A stretch of DNA of 64,000 nucleotides from contig CAVSLV010000001.1 in assembly GCA_963728915.1 (NCBI GenBank), forward strand, positions 1,216,001-1,280,000, given 5' to 3'. The number at the start of each line of letters is the position of its first letter. Within the stretch, counting starts at the first letter, position 1. Position numbers and translations under genes: made by a program. Under the pieces are notes generated by a model, which made no database searches, was not told the origin of the DNA, and saw only the letters and a program-made list of their open reading frames with translations. Of the stretch, positions 1-9,784 are shown in pieces. The DNA comes from an uncultured Gemmatimonadales bacterium (GTDB lineage Bacteria > Gemmatimonadota > Gemmatimonadetes > Gemmatimonadales > GWC2-71-9).

Positions 1-1
1 G

Positions 2-277
2 ATGGCGCGAGCCGCGATAGGTGCCGATGTCCATCAACCGCTTGATGTTCATGGCGACTTCGGTGCGAAGCGCCCCTTCCACCTTGACGCTGCGTTCGAT
101 GAGCTGCCGGAGTCGCGCCACCTCGGAATCGGAGAGGTCGCGCACCCGGCTGTCGGGACTGACCCCGGAATCCGCGAGCAGCCGGTTACTGGTCGGCCGG
201 CCGATCCCGAAGATGTAGGTGAGGGCGACTTCGATTCGCTTGTCCCGCGGGAGATCCACGCCGGCAATTCGGGCCAT
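2..277 (-). CDS. rpsM: 30S ribosomal protein S13 (3' part runs off the window)
   Basis: Manual translation from ATG at 277: [30 protein letters not shown]..., the S13 N-terminus. Not in the ORF track. Confidence 0.97.
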   Translation of the reverse strand, partial: MARIAGVDLPRDKRIEVALTYIFGIGRPTSNRLLADSGVSPDSRVRDLSDSEVARLRQLIERSVKVEGALRTEVAMNIKRLMDIGTYRGSRH

Positions 278-280
278 GGA

Positions 281-397
281 TCAACCCTGCCGCTGCTTGT
301 GCTTAGGATTCCGCTTGCAGATGACGCGGATGATCCCCTGGCGTTTGATCACCTTGCAGTGCTCGCAAATTGGCTTGACGCTCGAACGGACCTTCAC
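281..397 (-). CDS. rpmJ: 50S ribosomal protein L36 (38 aa)
   Basis: Manual translation from [41 protein letters not shown]. Zn-ribbon C-x2-C...C...H; directly upstream of rpsM. Confidence 0.97.
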   Translation of the reverse strand: MKVRSSVKPICEHCKVIKRQGIIRVICKRNPKHKQRQG

Positions 398-435
398 AGA
401 CTCTCCCGGAAATCGAAGTTGACGGGCAGCTTGGC

Positions 436-464
436 AATGTAACCTCTCCTCCTTCCGGGGGCAA
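436..464 (-). promoter_or_regulatory. Putative sigma70 promoter for rpmJ-rpsM
   Basis: Minus strand TTGCCC-17 nt-TACATT, about 40 nt upstream of rpmJ. Confidence 0.6.
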
Positions 465-483
465 GGGGCTATGCGGCAACGAC

Positions 484-1134
484 TTAGAGAAGGGCCAGGA
501 ACCCGTCCAACGCGGCGGCGGGGTCACTCGCCCCGTGGATCGGACGGCCTACCACCAGGTGGGTCGCGCCAGCGCGGGAAGCTTCCCGAGGGCCGGCTAC
601 CCGCGCCTGGTCACCGCGGGGGTCGTCGGGACGCCTGATACCGGGAACAACGATGAGCGGACCCGGGCCGACCCGGTCGCGAATCCTCGCCACCTCGAGG
701 GGGCTACAGACAACCCCGGAGAGACCGGCCGCGATGGCCTCTCGTGCCAGGGTTTCGGCCTCATTCGCAATCGAGACCGGATCCGTCCCACTCGACGTCA
801 GCACGGTCACTCCGACCACGGACAGTCCATCGCCTGCGGCAGCCCCGGCTGCTCGCATCATCTCCAACCCTCCGGTGGCATGCACCGTCGCCATACGCAC
901 GCCCAGGGCGCGAGCCGCGGCGACGGCCCCCGATACGGTATTGGGGATGTCGTGCCATTTGAGATCGAGAAAGACCTGGAGTCCACGCCCAAGGATCTCA
1001 CGCACGATCGCAGGGCCCTCCGCGGTGAAGAGCACCGAACCAACCTTGACCCAGCGCAGGGCGGGCAGCCGGTCGAGCAGCCGAAGAGCTTCGGCGCGGC
1101 CGGGCAGATCGAGCGCCAGGATCAACTCGGTCAT
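484..1134 (-). CDS. pyrF: Orotidine-5'-phosphate decarboxylase
   Basis: [22 protein letters not shown] and LVVGRPI motifs. Confidence 0.95.
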   Translation of the reverse strand: MTELILALDLPGRAEALRLLDRLPALRWVKVGSVLFTAEGPAIVREILGRGLQVFLDLKWHDIPNTVSGAVAAARALGVRMATVHATGGLEMMRAAGAAAGDGLSVVGVTVLTSSGTDPVSIANEAETLAREAIAAGLSGVVCSPLEVARIRDRVGPGPLIVVPGIRRPDDPRGDQARVAGPREASRAGATHLVVGRPIHGASDPAAALDGFLALL

Positions 1135-1997
1135 GAGCGCTCGAGCTCCGAGACGATCCGCTCGGGAAGCTTTGGATCAGCAAGCTGGGCGGTGCCGATA
1201 GCGACGAGTACCGCTCCGGCATCGAGGTACCGGCGCACATCCTCCGCGGTTCGAATCCCGCCCACGCCGATGACCGGTGTGCCGGGCAACCGGGCTCGAA
1301 TCGATCGCACCGCCTGAAGCCCGACCGGGAGCAGTCCCGGCCCGCTTACGCCGCCATTCCCCGTTCCCAATCGGGGTGATCCCTGCTCACTCCAGTACCC
1401 GGGCATCGTGTTGATCGCGGTGATTCCATCCGCCCCGGCTTGAACCGCCGCCGCCGCGATCGAGGCGATGTCGGGCAGCGCGGGAGAGAGTTTGGCGATC
1501 AACGCCCGCTGTGTCACGGTGCGACAGGAAGCCACCACCCGCGCGGTCGATTCAGGGGACGCGCCGAACTCCACCCCGCCGGATGCGGTATTCGGACAGG
1601 AGAGATTGAGCTCGTAGCCGGCAATCTCCGGAGATGCTTCGAGGCCCTTGATGACCTCGGCGTACTCGTCCACCCCGAACCCGACCACGTTGACCAGGAT
1701 CCTGGCTCTCCTGAGCCGGCCCGCCAGCCAGGGCAGATGATCGCTCCTGACCCGATTGAGCCCGGGGTTGGCGAGCCCGACCGAGTTCAGCATCCCGCCG
1801 GGAAACTCGGCAACTCGAGGGGGTGGGTTGCCTTCCCGCGGTTCCAGGGACACCGCCTTGGTGACCACACCCCCCAGGCGATCGAGGTCCATGACGCCAT
1901 CGAGCTCCCGGCCGAAGCCCGCGGTGCCGGAGGCGAGGAGAATCGGATTCTGGAACGTGTGGCCGAAGACCGAACGTGGGAGTGATGTCGAGCGCAC
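1131..1997 (-). CDS. pyrD: Dihydroorotate dehydrogenase, class 1 catalytic subunit
   Basis: NPILLASGT, MLNSVGLANPG, ELNLSCPN, GGVSG motifs; coupled to pyrF. Confidence 0.93.
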   Translation of the reverse strand: MRSTSLPRSVFGHTFQNPILLASGTAGFGRELDGVMDLDRLGGVVTKAVSLEPREGNPPPRVAEFPGGMLNSVGLANPGLNRVRSDHLPWLAGRLRRARILVNVVGFGVDEYAEVIKGLEASPEIAGYELNLSCPNTASGGVEFGASPESTARVVASCRTVTQRALIAKLSPALPDIASIAAAAVQAGADGITAINTMPGYWSEQGSPRLGTGNGGVSGPGLLPVGLQAVRSIRARLPGTPVIGVGGIRTAEDVRRYLDAGAVLVAIGTAQLADPKLPERIVSELERS

Positions 1998-3188
1998 TCA
2001 GCTGCCGCTCTTGCCCGCCGGACCGCTGGAGACGGCATCGCCGACCTTGCGCTCGTACTCCAGCAGGTACGCCACGATGGCGTCGGCCATGGAGGAGGCC
2101 AGGTTCCGCTGGGAGGTTCGGGAGGAAAGCAGCTTGCCGTCCTGGGGATTGGTGCTGAACCCGGTCTCGACGAGGATAGCCGGACGCTTCGCGGTGTTGA
2201 GCACTGCAAGCCCGGCCTGTTTCACTCCTCGATTGGGACCGGTGTGGGCCTCTTCCAGGTAGGACTGCATGAGCTCGCCGGCCCGAACCGATTCTCTGAG
2301 GTGCTCGTTGGTCTGAAGGTCCTTGAGAATGAACGCCAGACCGGAGAGGCCGTCGCGATCCTCGGGTGCCTCGAACCGGATCGCCTCGTTCTCCATCCTG
2401 GCGACCCGGGCAGCGTCCTCGGTGCGGGCTTCTGCCAGCACGAACGTCTCGAAGCCGCGCACCACCGCGTTCCCCGGACGAGGCTCCAGGGAGTTGACGT
2501 GAATGCTGACGAACAGGTCGCAGTCGCGATTGCAGTAGCCGGCCCGGTCATACAGGTTGATGAGCGTGTCGGTCTGCCGGGTCATCACCACGCGAATGCC
2601 CCGGCGGCGAAGTTCGTCCCGCAGGAGCAATCCAATCTGGAGGTTGACGTCCTTCTCCCGGACCCCGGCGGGGAAATGGTAGCCCGGATTGCCGGGATCC
2701 ACTCCGCCGTGCCCGGGATCCAGGGTGACGACGTGACCTTTCCGGAGGCCGTTGGGAAGCCGGTCGGGATCGCCGGCCGCGCCGGCCGGACTGACCGCGA
2801 CGATCCTGGGCGGAGAGCCCGACTCCACCAGCCGTCCCTGGCGGCGGTCGAAGCGGTAATGTTCGGAGAGGACCCGGGGAATGATTTCGGCGACGAACTG
2901 ATAGGGAAGCTCGAGAACGTCACGCCGCAGGGTCGCGCTCCCGACGATCGGCTCCAGGGCGCCCGCCACCGCCACCAGTGACGCACCCGGAAAAAACCGG
3001 AAGGCGGTGCCGTCGATGGTCAGCTCGGCCCACCCGTCGCCGCGGGTTATGTTGCCGTGCAACGCCCGCGCGAGGGGGGCCGCGGCGAGGACGGGACCGC
3101 CCACCGGGTCAACCCGCACCGGAACGCGGAACTCACCCTGGGTGGTCTGCACCACGACGAACGCGGGCGCGAGAAGGGCGAGCAGCAT
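1998..3188 (-). CDS. N-acetylmuramoyl-L-alanine amidase (Amidase_3, AmiA/AmiC-like)
   Basis: LDPGHGG.DPG, EKDVNL, FVSIHVNS, AILVETGF motifs. Confidence 0.9.
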   Translation of the reverse strand: MLLALLAPAFVVVQTTQGEFRVPVRVDPVGGPVLAAAPLARALHGNITRGDGWAELTIDGTAFRFFPGASLVAVAGALEPIVGSATLRRDVLELPYQFVAEIIPRVLSEHYRFDRRQGRLVESGSPPRIVAVSPAGAAGDPDRLPNGLRKGHVVTLDPGHGGVDPGNPGYHFPAGVREKDVNLQIGLLLRDELRRRGIRVVMTRQTDTLINLYDRAGYCNRDCDLFVSIHVNSLEPRPGNAVVRGFETFVLAEARTEDAARVARMENEAIRFEAPEDRDGLSGLAFILKDLQTNEHLRESVRAGELMQSYLEEAHTGPNRGVKQAGLAVLNTAKRPAILVETGFSTNPQDGKLLSSRTSQRNLASSMADAIVAYLLEYERKVGDAVSSGPAGKSGS

Positions 3189-3667
3189 CAGGTGGGTTTC
3201 ATCGCCCGGGCCATTTCGCGGTCCGCGAGACGGCGCTTGATATCCTGCCGACGGTCATGGGTCTTCTTCCCCTTCCCCAGCGCCAGGGCGAGCTTGGCTC
3301 GACCCCGTTTGAAATACAGCTCGAGTGGAACCAGGGTCAGGCCTTTCCGCTCCACCGCGCCGATCATCCGTTCGATCTCCCGGCGATGCAGCAGGAGCTT
3401 CCGGCTTCGAACCGGCTCGGGATTCCAGCGATTCCCTTGTTCGTAGGGAGTGATGTGCATGCCTTCCAGCCACACCTCGCCCTGGCGGACGTTGGCGTAG
3501 GCTTCCTTGATCGATGCTTTCCCGTTTCGCAGACTCTTCACTTCGGTGCCGGTGAGCACGATGCCGGTTTCCCAGGTTTCCAAAATGTGGTAATCGTGGG
3601 AGGCCCGCGGATTCCGTGCCACGGTGACCCGGGACTTGGAGCTCTCGACGCCCGGCGATTCTTTCAT
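3188..3667 (-). CDS. smpB: SsrA-binding protein
   Basis: ARNPRASHDY, GIVLTGTEVKSLR, RKLLLHRREI, GKGKKTHDRR. Start taken at ATG 3667. Confidence 0.96.
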   Translation of the reverse strand: MKESPGVESSKSRVTVARNPRASHDYHILETWETGIVLTGTEVKSLRNGKASIKEAYANVRQGEVWLEGMHITPYEQGNRWNPEPVRSRKLLLHRREIERMIGAVERKGLTLVPLELYFKRGRAKLALALGKGKKTHDRRQDIKRRLADREMARAMKPT

Positions 3668-3700
3668 AAGTGATGACCGGATGGGAAGATAACGCATCGC

Positions 3701-3730
3701 TTGCCCGCGATGGTTGCTGCGCCTTAGCTT
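3701..3730 (+). promoter_or_regulatory. Putative sigma70 promoter for tRNA-Leu
   Basis: TTGCCC-18 nt-TAGCTT, 9 nt before the tRNA. Confidence 0.5.
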
Positions 3731-3739
3731 TTCCGGCTC

Positions 3740-3823
3740 GCCGAAGTGGTGGAACTGGTAGACGCGCTGCGTTCAGGGCGCAGTGGGCGCAAGCCCGTGG
3801 GGGTTCGAGTCCCCCCTTCGGCA
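3740..3823 (+). tRNA. tRNA-Leu(CAG)
   Basis: Acceptor GCCGAAG/CTTCGGC+A, anticodon stem CTGCG-TTCAGGG-CGCAG, long variable arm, GGTTCGAGTCC T-arm. No encoded CCA. Confidence 0.96.
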
Positions 3824-3841
3824 CTCGAGAGGTCTCGCTAT

Positions 3842-4876
3842 ATGCGGCAGCTGCCCGCCCTTGCAGTTCTGCTGGTCGCGATCTCCAGTCCTCTGTCCAG
3901 TCAAACCGTCGTGCAAGCCCCGGCAGGTCTTCTGACCGGAGTCGTGCTCGACAGCATCACCGGAACCCCGGTGTCTTATGCGTTGCTCACCATCGAGGAT
4001 CCCGGGCGGAGAGTCTTCGCATCCGAGGGCGGACGCTTTTCCTTCACGGGAATCCCCGAGGGGAAACTGGCCATCCGGGCCCAGCAGATCGGCTATCGCT
4101 CGGTGGTCATCGCGGTCACGGTCAGGCGGGATGGCGGCGGCGCTCCGTTCCTCATCCGGCTGACCAGGCAGCCGCTGTTGCTTCCGACCCTCAGCGTCCG
4201 GGCCCAGGATTGCCAGGTCCCGGGACTGGCGGGTGAAGGGACCCTGCTCGAAGAGGTTTTCAAGAACGCCGAGCGGCTCCTGGTGCTCCAGAAGGACTAC
4301 CCCTACCAGACCCGCATGCGGGAAATCAACAGCGTGTATGGCGAGGGCGGGAGTCTGCTGGAACAGAAGGTGGACACAACCAGCTTCGACAGCCGGCGTT
4401 TGTCGGCCTATCATCGCGGGCGGGTCCTGGTCCGCACCGGCCGACTCGCGGCGCAGGAGTATGCGACCTACTTCTCACCCGCTGACCTCGCTACCCCCGA
4501 GTTCCGAACCTCGCACTGTTTCTGGTTCGAAGGCACCGATGATCAGGATGGAGTGTCGGCGTATCGAATCGGGTTCCGTCCCCTGACCAGGGTGAAGAGC
4601 GTGGACTGGGCTGGCTCTCTGGTGGTCGACTCCGCGACGGAACATCTCCTCCGATCGGAGGCCCACCTCGTCAACCTTCCTTCGAAGGGCACCGGGTTTC
4701 GCGGGGCGGGGTGTCTGGTGATGTACATGCAGCTGGTCCCGACTCTGGTGCACGAGTTCCAGGCGCGATGTCGCACCGAACAGAACACCGACCCCCCGCT
4801 GGTACGGGTGCAGCAGTGGTCGCTGGTCGCGCAGCGTTTTGTGGGGCGGCGTCCGGATGGCGCGCCGCCGGACTAG
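3842..4876 (+). CDS. Secreted protein with carboxypeptidase-regulatory-like domain
   Basis: Signal peptide MRQLPALAVLLVAISSPLSSQ; LTGVVLDSITGTPVSYA...GRFSFTGIPEG...QIGYR pattern. Confidence 0.7.
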   Translation: MRQLPALAVLLVAISSPLSSQTVVQAPAGLLTGVVLDSITGTPVSYALLTIEDPGRRVFASEGGRFSFTGIPEGKLAIRAQQIGYRSVVIAVTVRRDGGGAPFLIRLTRQPLLLPTLSVRAQDCQVPGLAGEGTLLEEVFKNAERLLVLQKDYPYQTRMREINSVYGEGGSLLEQKVDTTSFDSRRLSAYHRGRVLVRTGRLAAQEYATYFSPADLATPEFRTSHCFWFEGTDDQDGVSAYRIGFRPLTRVKSVDWAGSLVVDSATEHLLRSEAHLVNLPSKGTGFRGAGCLVMYMQLVPTLVHEFQARCRTEQNTDPPLVRVQQWSLVAQRFVGRRPDGAPPD

Positions 4877-4885
4877 TCGGGGACG

Positions 4886-6010
4886 TTAGTAGCGAGCCAT
4901 CCCGGGCTCGATCTCCGCAGCCCAGGCATCGATTCCACCCGCAAGACTGCGGGCCCGGAACCCGGCGCCCTGGAGGAGCTGCTGGGCAGCGAGTGATCGC
5001 TGGCCTTTGTGGCACACCGTAATGATTTCGCGGCCCCCGCCGAGCTCGCGGAGGCGGGCGGGAAGCTCCCGGAGGGGGAGCAGCCGACTCCCTTCGATGC
5101 GGGCGATTTCCCACTCCCAAGGCTCCCGGACATCCACCACCAGCGGCGCTCCGTTGCCTCGGAGCGCCTGGGCCAGCTCCCCCGTGGTCACTTCCTCGCC
5201 CGCCGGAGGATGGGTATCAAGCCCGCAGTAGGCCTCATAGTCCATGAGCCGGGTAACCGTGGGACGCTCCCCACAGACCGCACATTCGGGGTCGCGGGTT
5301 ACGGCCAGCTCCCGGAAACTCACCCGCAACGCGTCGATCAGGAGAAGGCGACCGACCAGGGGGTCGCCCACTCCCAGGATCCACTTGATCGCCTCGAGCG
5401 CCTGCAGGCTGCCCACGATGCCCGGCAGCACGCCCAGCACCCCCGCCTCCGCACAATTGGGCACCAGGTCGGGGGGCGGCGGTTCCGCGAAGAGGCAGCG
5501 ATAGCAGGGACCGCCCGGCGCGGCGAAGAGCGACACCTGCCCATCGAATCGGAAGATGCTTCCATAGACGTACGGCGTACCGAGCAGCACGGACGCATCG
5601 TTAACCAGATAGCGGGTCGGGAAATTGTCGCTTCCGTCGATCGCAAGATCGTAGGAGCCCAGCGTGTCGAGCGCGTTGGCGGAGCTGAGCCGTTCCCGGT
5701 GGGCGATGACCTGAACCTCGGGATTCAGGTCGGCGATCCGGGTGGACGCCGATTCGGTTTTGGGACGACCGAGAAACGCCGAGCCATGAAGCACCTGGCG
5801 CTGGAGGTTGCTGAGCTCCACCGCGTCACCGTCGATGATGCCCAGGGTGCCGATGCCGGCGGCGGCGAGATACAGCGCGGCCGGAGAACCGAGGCCCCCG
5901 ACCCCGACCAGCAGCACCCGGGCCGATCTCAGGCGCTCCTGACCCGCCGGTCCGACTTCGGGGAGGGTCAGGTGTCGCGCGTATCGAACCAGCTCAGAGG
6001 GGGACAGCAT
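4886..6010 (-). CDS. moeB: MoeB/MoeZ-type adenylyltransferase with C-terminal rhodanese domain
   Basis: RYARHL, GVGGLGSP, SNLQRQ, PCYRC, CAEAGVLG, VDVREPWEW...CHKGQRS. Start ATG 6010. Confidence 0.92.
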   Translation of the reverse strand: MLSPSELVRYARHLTLPEVGPAGQERLRSARVLLVGVGGLGSPAALYLAAAGIGTLGIIDGDAVELSNLQRQVLHGSAFLGRPKTESASTRIADLNPEVQVIAHRERLSSANALDTLGSYDLAIDGSDNFPTRYLVNDASVLLGTPYVYGSIFRFDGQVSLFAAPGGPCYRCLFAEPPPPDLVPNCAEAGVLGVLPGIVGSLQALEAIKWILGVGDPLVGRLLLIDALRVSFRELAVTRDPECAVCGERPTVTRLMDYEAYCGLDTHPPAGEEVTTGELAQALRGNGAPLVVDVREPWEWEIARIEGSRLLPLRELPARLRELGGGREIITVCHKGQRSLAAQQLLQGAGFRARSLAGGIDAWAAEIEPGMARY

Positions 6011-6036
6011 GACCCGAGGGGCTCTGGGGGGCTCCG

Positions 6037-6495
6037 TCAGCCGATCGACGACGTCAGGGTCACCAGGCCAGGCTCGGCCCGGTGCTCCTTGAGCAAGTCG
6101 GCGAGGGTGATACCGGAGAGGAACTCGTCCACCCGATGCTGGAGCGCGTGCCACACCGGACGGATGGAGCAGCTGCTGGCGGGATCGCACCGCTCCGCGT
6201 CGACCGGATGACTGGTGCAGTTGAGCTCGAAGGTCTGACGCTCGCAGGCCGTCATCACATCGCGCACGGTAATCCGCTCGGGTTCCCGCGCCAGGAAGTA
6301 TCCGCCCCGGGCTCCCCGTACACTTTCGACCAGTCCCGCACGTCTCAGTCTCAGCAGGATCTGTTCGACGTAGTCGGCCGGCAGGCGCTCGGATTCCGAG
6401 AGCTCGCGGGCCGCGATGGGCTCGCCGGTCGGTTTTCGGCGAGCGAGGTGCAGCGCGATGATGAGACTGTATTCGGTCCAGGTGGTCACCCGCAT
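6037..6495 (-). CDS. Rrf2 family transcriptional regulator (IscR/CymR-like, three Cys)
   Basis: YVEQILLRLRRAGLVESVRGARGGYFLAR; C-terminal C..C..C cluster. Confidence 0.92.
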   Translation of the reverse strand: MRVTTWTEYSLIIALHLARRKPTGEPIAARELSESERLPADYVEQILLRLRRAGLVESVRGARGGYFLAREPERITVRDVMTACERQTFELNCTSHPVDAERCDPASSCSIRPVWHALQHRVDEFLSGITLADLLKEHRAEPGLVTLTSSIG

Positions 6496-6688
6496 GGGTC
6501 GAAATATCCACGTTCCGGCAAGGAGGGACAAGCGCGCCCTCCGACGACCCCCCGCGGCCTGCTGGGGCACCTCGGCTTCGTGACGGCCCTGCTGGCGGGT
6601 TGGCGCGGCAGCCTGAGGGCCCAGGTTCCCGTTATGGATCCTGTTGCGGCGGGCATTCGATGGCCGGAGACCGGACTGGTAGGGTGGC

Positions 6689-8107
6689 TCACCCGCCGCC
6701 GGGGAGTCCCTTCCCGCCCGGGATGCCCAGCTCGGTCATCGCCCGAAGATCCAGAACCTCGTCGAGCTCCTTGCCCTGGAGAATCTGCTTCCGGGTGACC
6801 AGCTCCTTCACCGTGAGACCGGTTGCAATCGCTTCCTTGGCCAGGCTGGCGGCCTCGGCGTAGCCGATCTTGGGGGCGAGTGCGGTGACCAGGGCCGGGC
6901 TCCGCTCCAGCCAATACCCGCACTGCGCGGCATCGGCCTGGATCCCCCGGACGCAACGCTGATCGAAGGCGCGAATCGCGTTCGCAAGGATCATCAACCC
7001 GAACACCATGTTGTGGGTGATGACCGGCATCATCACGTTGAGCTCGAGCTGTCCTGCTTCCGAGGCAAGCGCCACCGTCTGATCCAGCCCGAGCACCTGG
7101 AAACAGACCTGATTGACCATTTCCGCCATGGAGGGATTCACCTTGCCGGGCATGATGCTCGATCCCGGCTGCACCGCCGGGAGGAGCAGCTCGGCGAGCC
7201 CGGTGCGGGGACCCGACGCGAGCAGGCGGATGTCGTTGGCGATCTTGTTGAGGTCGAGGGTCAGGCTCCGGACCGCTCCGCTCATGGTCGCAATGTCGCC
7301 CATCGACTGCATCAGCTGGACCAGGTCCTTTCCTTCCCGGAGCACCAGGCCGGAAATAGCCTGGAGGTGGTCCACCATGCGGCGGGGATACTCCGGCTCC
7401 GCGTTGAGCCCGGTCCCGACCGCGGTGCCCCCGATGTTCATGTCCCGGAGCCACTCCGCGGCCTCGGCCAGCTTGGCGCGATGGCGGGTTAGGGTGCCGG
7501 CCCAGGCGGCGAATTCCTGTCCCATCCGGATCGGGGTGGCATCCTGGAGATGGGTCCGGCCCGACTTGATGATCGCATCAAACTCACGGCCCTTGGCGGC
7601 GAGGGACTTCGCGATCCCATCCAGCGCATCCAGCAGAACCGGGAGGGTCGCCAGGGTCGCCAGCCGCATCGCCGTGGGGATCACGTCGTTGGTGCTCTGG
7701 GCCATGTTCACATGGTCGTTGGGATGGATCGGGGTGTAGCTGCCCCGGCTGCCTCCCAGGAGCTCGTTGGCGCGATTGGCCAGGACTTCGTTGCAATTCA
7801 TGTTGTGACTGGTGCCGGCGCCCGCCTGATAGACGTCGACCACGAACTGGTCGCGGTGCTGCCCGCCCAGCACCTCGTCGGCGGCCCGGACGATGGCGTC
7901 GGCCAGGTGCACCGGGAGTCGACCCGTGTCGCGATGGGTCAGCGCGGCGGCTTTCTTGATCCAGATGACCGCGTCCACGAAGGCGGGAAGCGGGCGGAGC
8001 CCGGAAATCGGGAAATTCTCCACCGCCCGCAGGGTCTGAATCCCATAGAGGGCTTCGGCGGCCACCTGCTTTTCGCCGAGCGGGTCTTTTTCGGTCCGAT
8101 ACGTCAT
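6689..8107 (-). CDS. aspA: Aspartate ammonia-lyase / class II fumarase family
   Basis: GSSIMPGKVNP signature, HPNDHVN, KSGRTHLQDA. Confidence 0.85.
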   Translation of the reverse strand: MTYRTEKDPLGEKQVAAEALYGIQTLRAVENFPISGLRPLPAFVDAVIWIKKAAALTHRDTGRLPVHLADAIVRAADEVLGGQHRDQFVVDVYQAGAGTSHNMNCNEVLANRANELLGGSRGSYTPIHPNDHVNMAQSTNDVIPTAMRLATLATLPVLLDALDGIAKSLAAKGREFDAIIKSGRTHLQDATPIRMGQEFAAWAGTLTRHRAKLAEAAEWLRDMNIGGTAVGTGLNAEPEYPRRMVDHLQAISGLVLREGKDLVQLMQSMGDIATMSGAVRSLTLDLNKIANDIRLLASGPRTGLAELLLPAVQPGSSIMPGKVNPSMAEMVNQVCFQVLGLDQTVALASEAGQLELNVMMPVITHNMVFGLMILANAIRAFDQRCVRGIQADAAQCGYWLERSPALVTALAPKIGYAEAASLAKEAIATGLTVKELVTRKQILQGKELDEVLDLRAMTELGIPGGKGLPGGG

Positions 8108-8182
8108 GTCGAAGGATTCACCATGGTGGCAGACGGCGGAATTCTACGTCATCCTCCGCGCGAAGGCGAGCGAACCCGCGGG

Positions 8183-8821
8183 TCAGGAAAGCCCGACGAG
8201 GAACGGATTAGTCCGACGTTCCTCGCCGATCGTCGTGGGGGGGCCGTGGCCCGGATACACGACCACGTCGTCCGGCAAGGAAAGCAGCTCCCGCCGGATG
8301 CTCTCGAGCAGGGTCGCGTGATTCCCGCCGGGAAGGTCGCTGCGTCCGATCGAGCCCCGAAACAGCAGATCCCCGCTGAGCACCGCTCCCGGTACCACGA
8401 AGCACACGTGGCCCGGGGTATGACCCGGGGCGTGGCGAACTTCCACCGGGACGGAACCGATCGAGAGCTCGTCCCGGTCGGCGAGCAGCCGGTCGGGCGG
8501 AGGCGGAGGGGGGCAGCGCATCCCGAACAGGATCCCCTGGTCGGGGAGGCCCTGATAGAGCGGCAGCTCTTCCCGGTGGAGCAGAATGGGCGCGCCGGTC
8601 ACCGCGTGAATCGCGGCAACGCCTGTGATGTGGTCGAGATGGGCGTGGGTCAGCCAGATGCCACTGATGGTGCGATTCCGCCGCTTCGCCTCGGCCAGAA
8701 ACCGATCGGCTTCCTCTCCCGGATCGACCAGAACGGTGTCGGGGTGACCGGGATCGTAGGCCAGGTAGCAGTTCTCCGCGAACCCGCCGTTGGGAATCGC
8801 GATGATCTCGAGCGTGGACAC
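8183..8821 (-). CDS. MBL-fold metallo-hydrolase (glyoxalase II/YcbL-like)
   Basis: THAHLDH, PGHTPG, SGDLLF, YPGHG. Confidence 0.9.
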   Translation of the reverse strand: MSTLEIIAIPNGGFAENCYLAYDPGHPDTVLVDPGEEADRFLAEAKRRNRTISGIWLTHAHLDHITGVAAIHAVTGAPILLHREELPLYQGLPDQGILFGMRCPPPPPPDRLLADRDELSIGSVPVEVRHAPGHTPGHVCFVVPGAVLSGDLLFRGSIGRSDLPGGNHATLLESIRRELLSLPDDVVVYPGHGPPTTIGEERRTNPFLVGLS

Positions 8822-8827
8822 CAGCGG

Positions 8828-9784
8828 TCAGGCCGCGCCGGCGATCAGGTGGCTCTTACGCTCGGCGAGGTACTTCTCGACCGCGATGGCCGCGGTGGTG
8901 GCATCGCCGACGGCGGTGGTGACCTGGCGGGTGAGCTGAACCCGGAGATCGCCCGCGGCGAAAAGCCCCGGAATCGAGGTCATCATCCGATCGTCGGTCT
9001 GGAGGTAGCCGGCGGCATCGTGGGCGACGTGGTCGCGCACCAGCCAGCTGTTGGGCTTGAACCCGATGAAGACGAAGCAACCGGAGGCCTCGAGCCGGGA
9101 CCGCGCCCCGGTGACGGTGTGCTCCAGCTCCAGGTGTCGAAGCCCGGATTCGTTCCCCGCGAGCTCGAGCACCCGGGTGTTCCAGCTGACCTCGATCTTC
9201 GGATTCTGGAAAGCGCGCTCCTGGAGGAGTTTCGAGGCGCGGAATTCATCGCGCCGATGAATCAGGAAGACCCGGGAGGCATAGCGGGTCAGGTAGTCGG
9301 CTTCCTCGACCGCGGCGTCGCCGCCCCCCACCACCGCGACGCGCTCGCCCCGGAAGAAAGCGCCATCACACACCGCGCAGTAGGAAACTCCCTTGCCGGC
9401 ATACTCGAGCTCGCCGGGAATGCCCAACTTGGTAGGCGTGCCTCCCGCGGTCAGGATCACCGTCGGGGCGCGATACTCGGTGCCCGAGCTCGTGGTGACC
9501 AGGAAGGTCCCGTCACCCTGCCGCAAGATGCCCTCCACATTCTCCATCCGAATGTCCGCGCCGAAAGCCTGGGCGTGCTCGGTCATCTTGCTCGCGAGGT
9601 CCGGGCCCAGGATGCTCAGGAAGCCTGGATAGTCCTCCACCTTTTCGGTGTTGAGGAGCTCTCCGCCGGGGACTCCACGTTCGAGCACCACCGTCTTCAG
9701 CATACCCCGCCCGGCGTACATTGCCGCACACAGGCCCGCGGGCCCGGCGCCCACGATGAGGACTTCGAATTGTTCGGTGGCCAT
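8828..9784 (-). CDS. trxB: Thioredoxin-disulfide reductase
   Basis: GAGPAG, CAVCDG redox motif, GGGDAAVEEA, GLFAAGD. Confidence 0.95.
   Translation of the reverse strand: MATEQFEVLIVGAGPAGLCAAMYAGRGMLKTVVLERGVPGGELLNTEKVEDYPGFLSILGPDLASKMTEHAQAFGADIRMENVEGILRQGDGTFLVTTSSGTEYRAPTVILTAGGTPTKLGIPGELEYAGKGVSYCAVCDGAFFRGERVAVVGGGDAAVEEADYLTRYASRVFLIHRRDEFRASKLLQERAFQNPKIEVSWNTRVLELAGNESGLRHLELEHTVTGARSRLEASGCFVFIGFKPNSWLVRDHVAHDAAGYLQTDDRMMTSIPGLFAAGDLRVQLTRQVTTAVGDATTAAIAVEKYLAERKSHLIAGAA

Noticed and set aside
2..442. 146-aa + strand ORF
   Set aside because: Antisense shadow of rpsM and rpmJ.
3746..3841. N-terminal extension of the 376-aa ORF
   Set aside because: Overlaps tRNA-Leu; the signal peptide starts at ATG 3842.
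6011..6511. 541-aa MoeB with a long N-terminal extension
   Set aside because: The extension is an off-frame read of the rrf2 gene; MoeB homology starts at 6010.
6560..6645. Firm SAM-I or cobalamin riboswitch call
   Set aside because: Only scattered words match; the AUCAAGAG/P1 and the B12 T-loop/box are not properly present.
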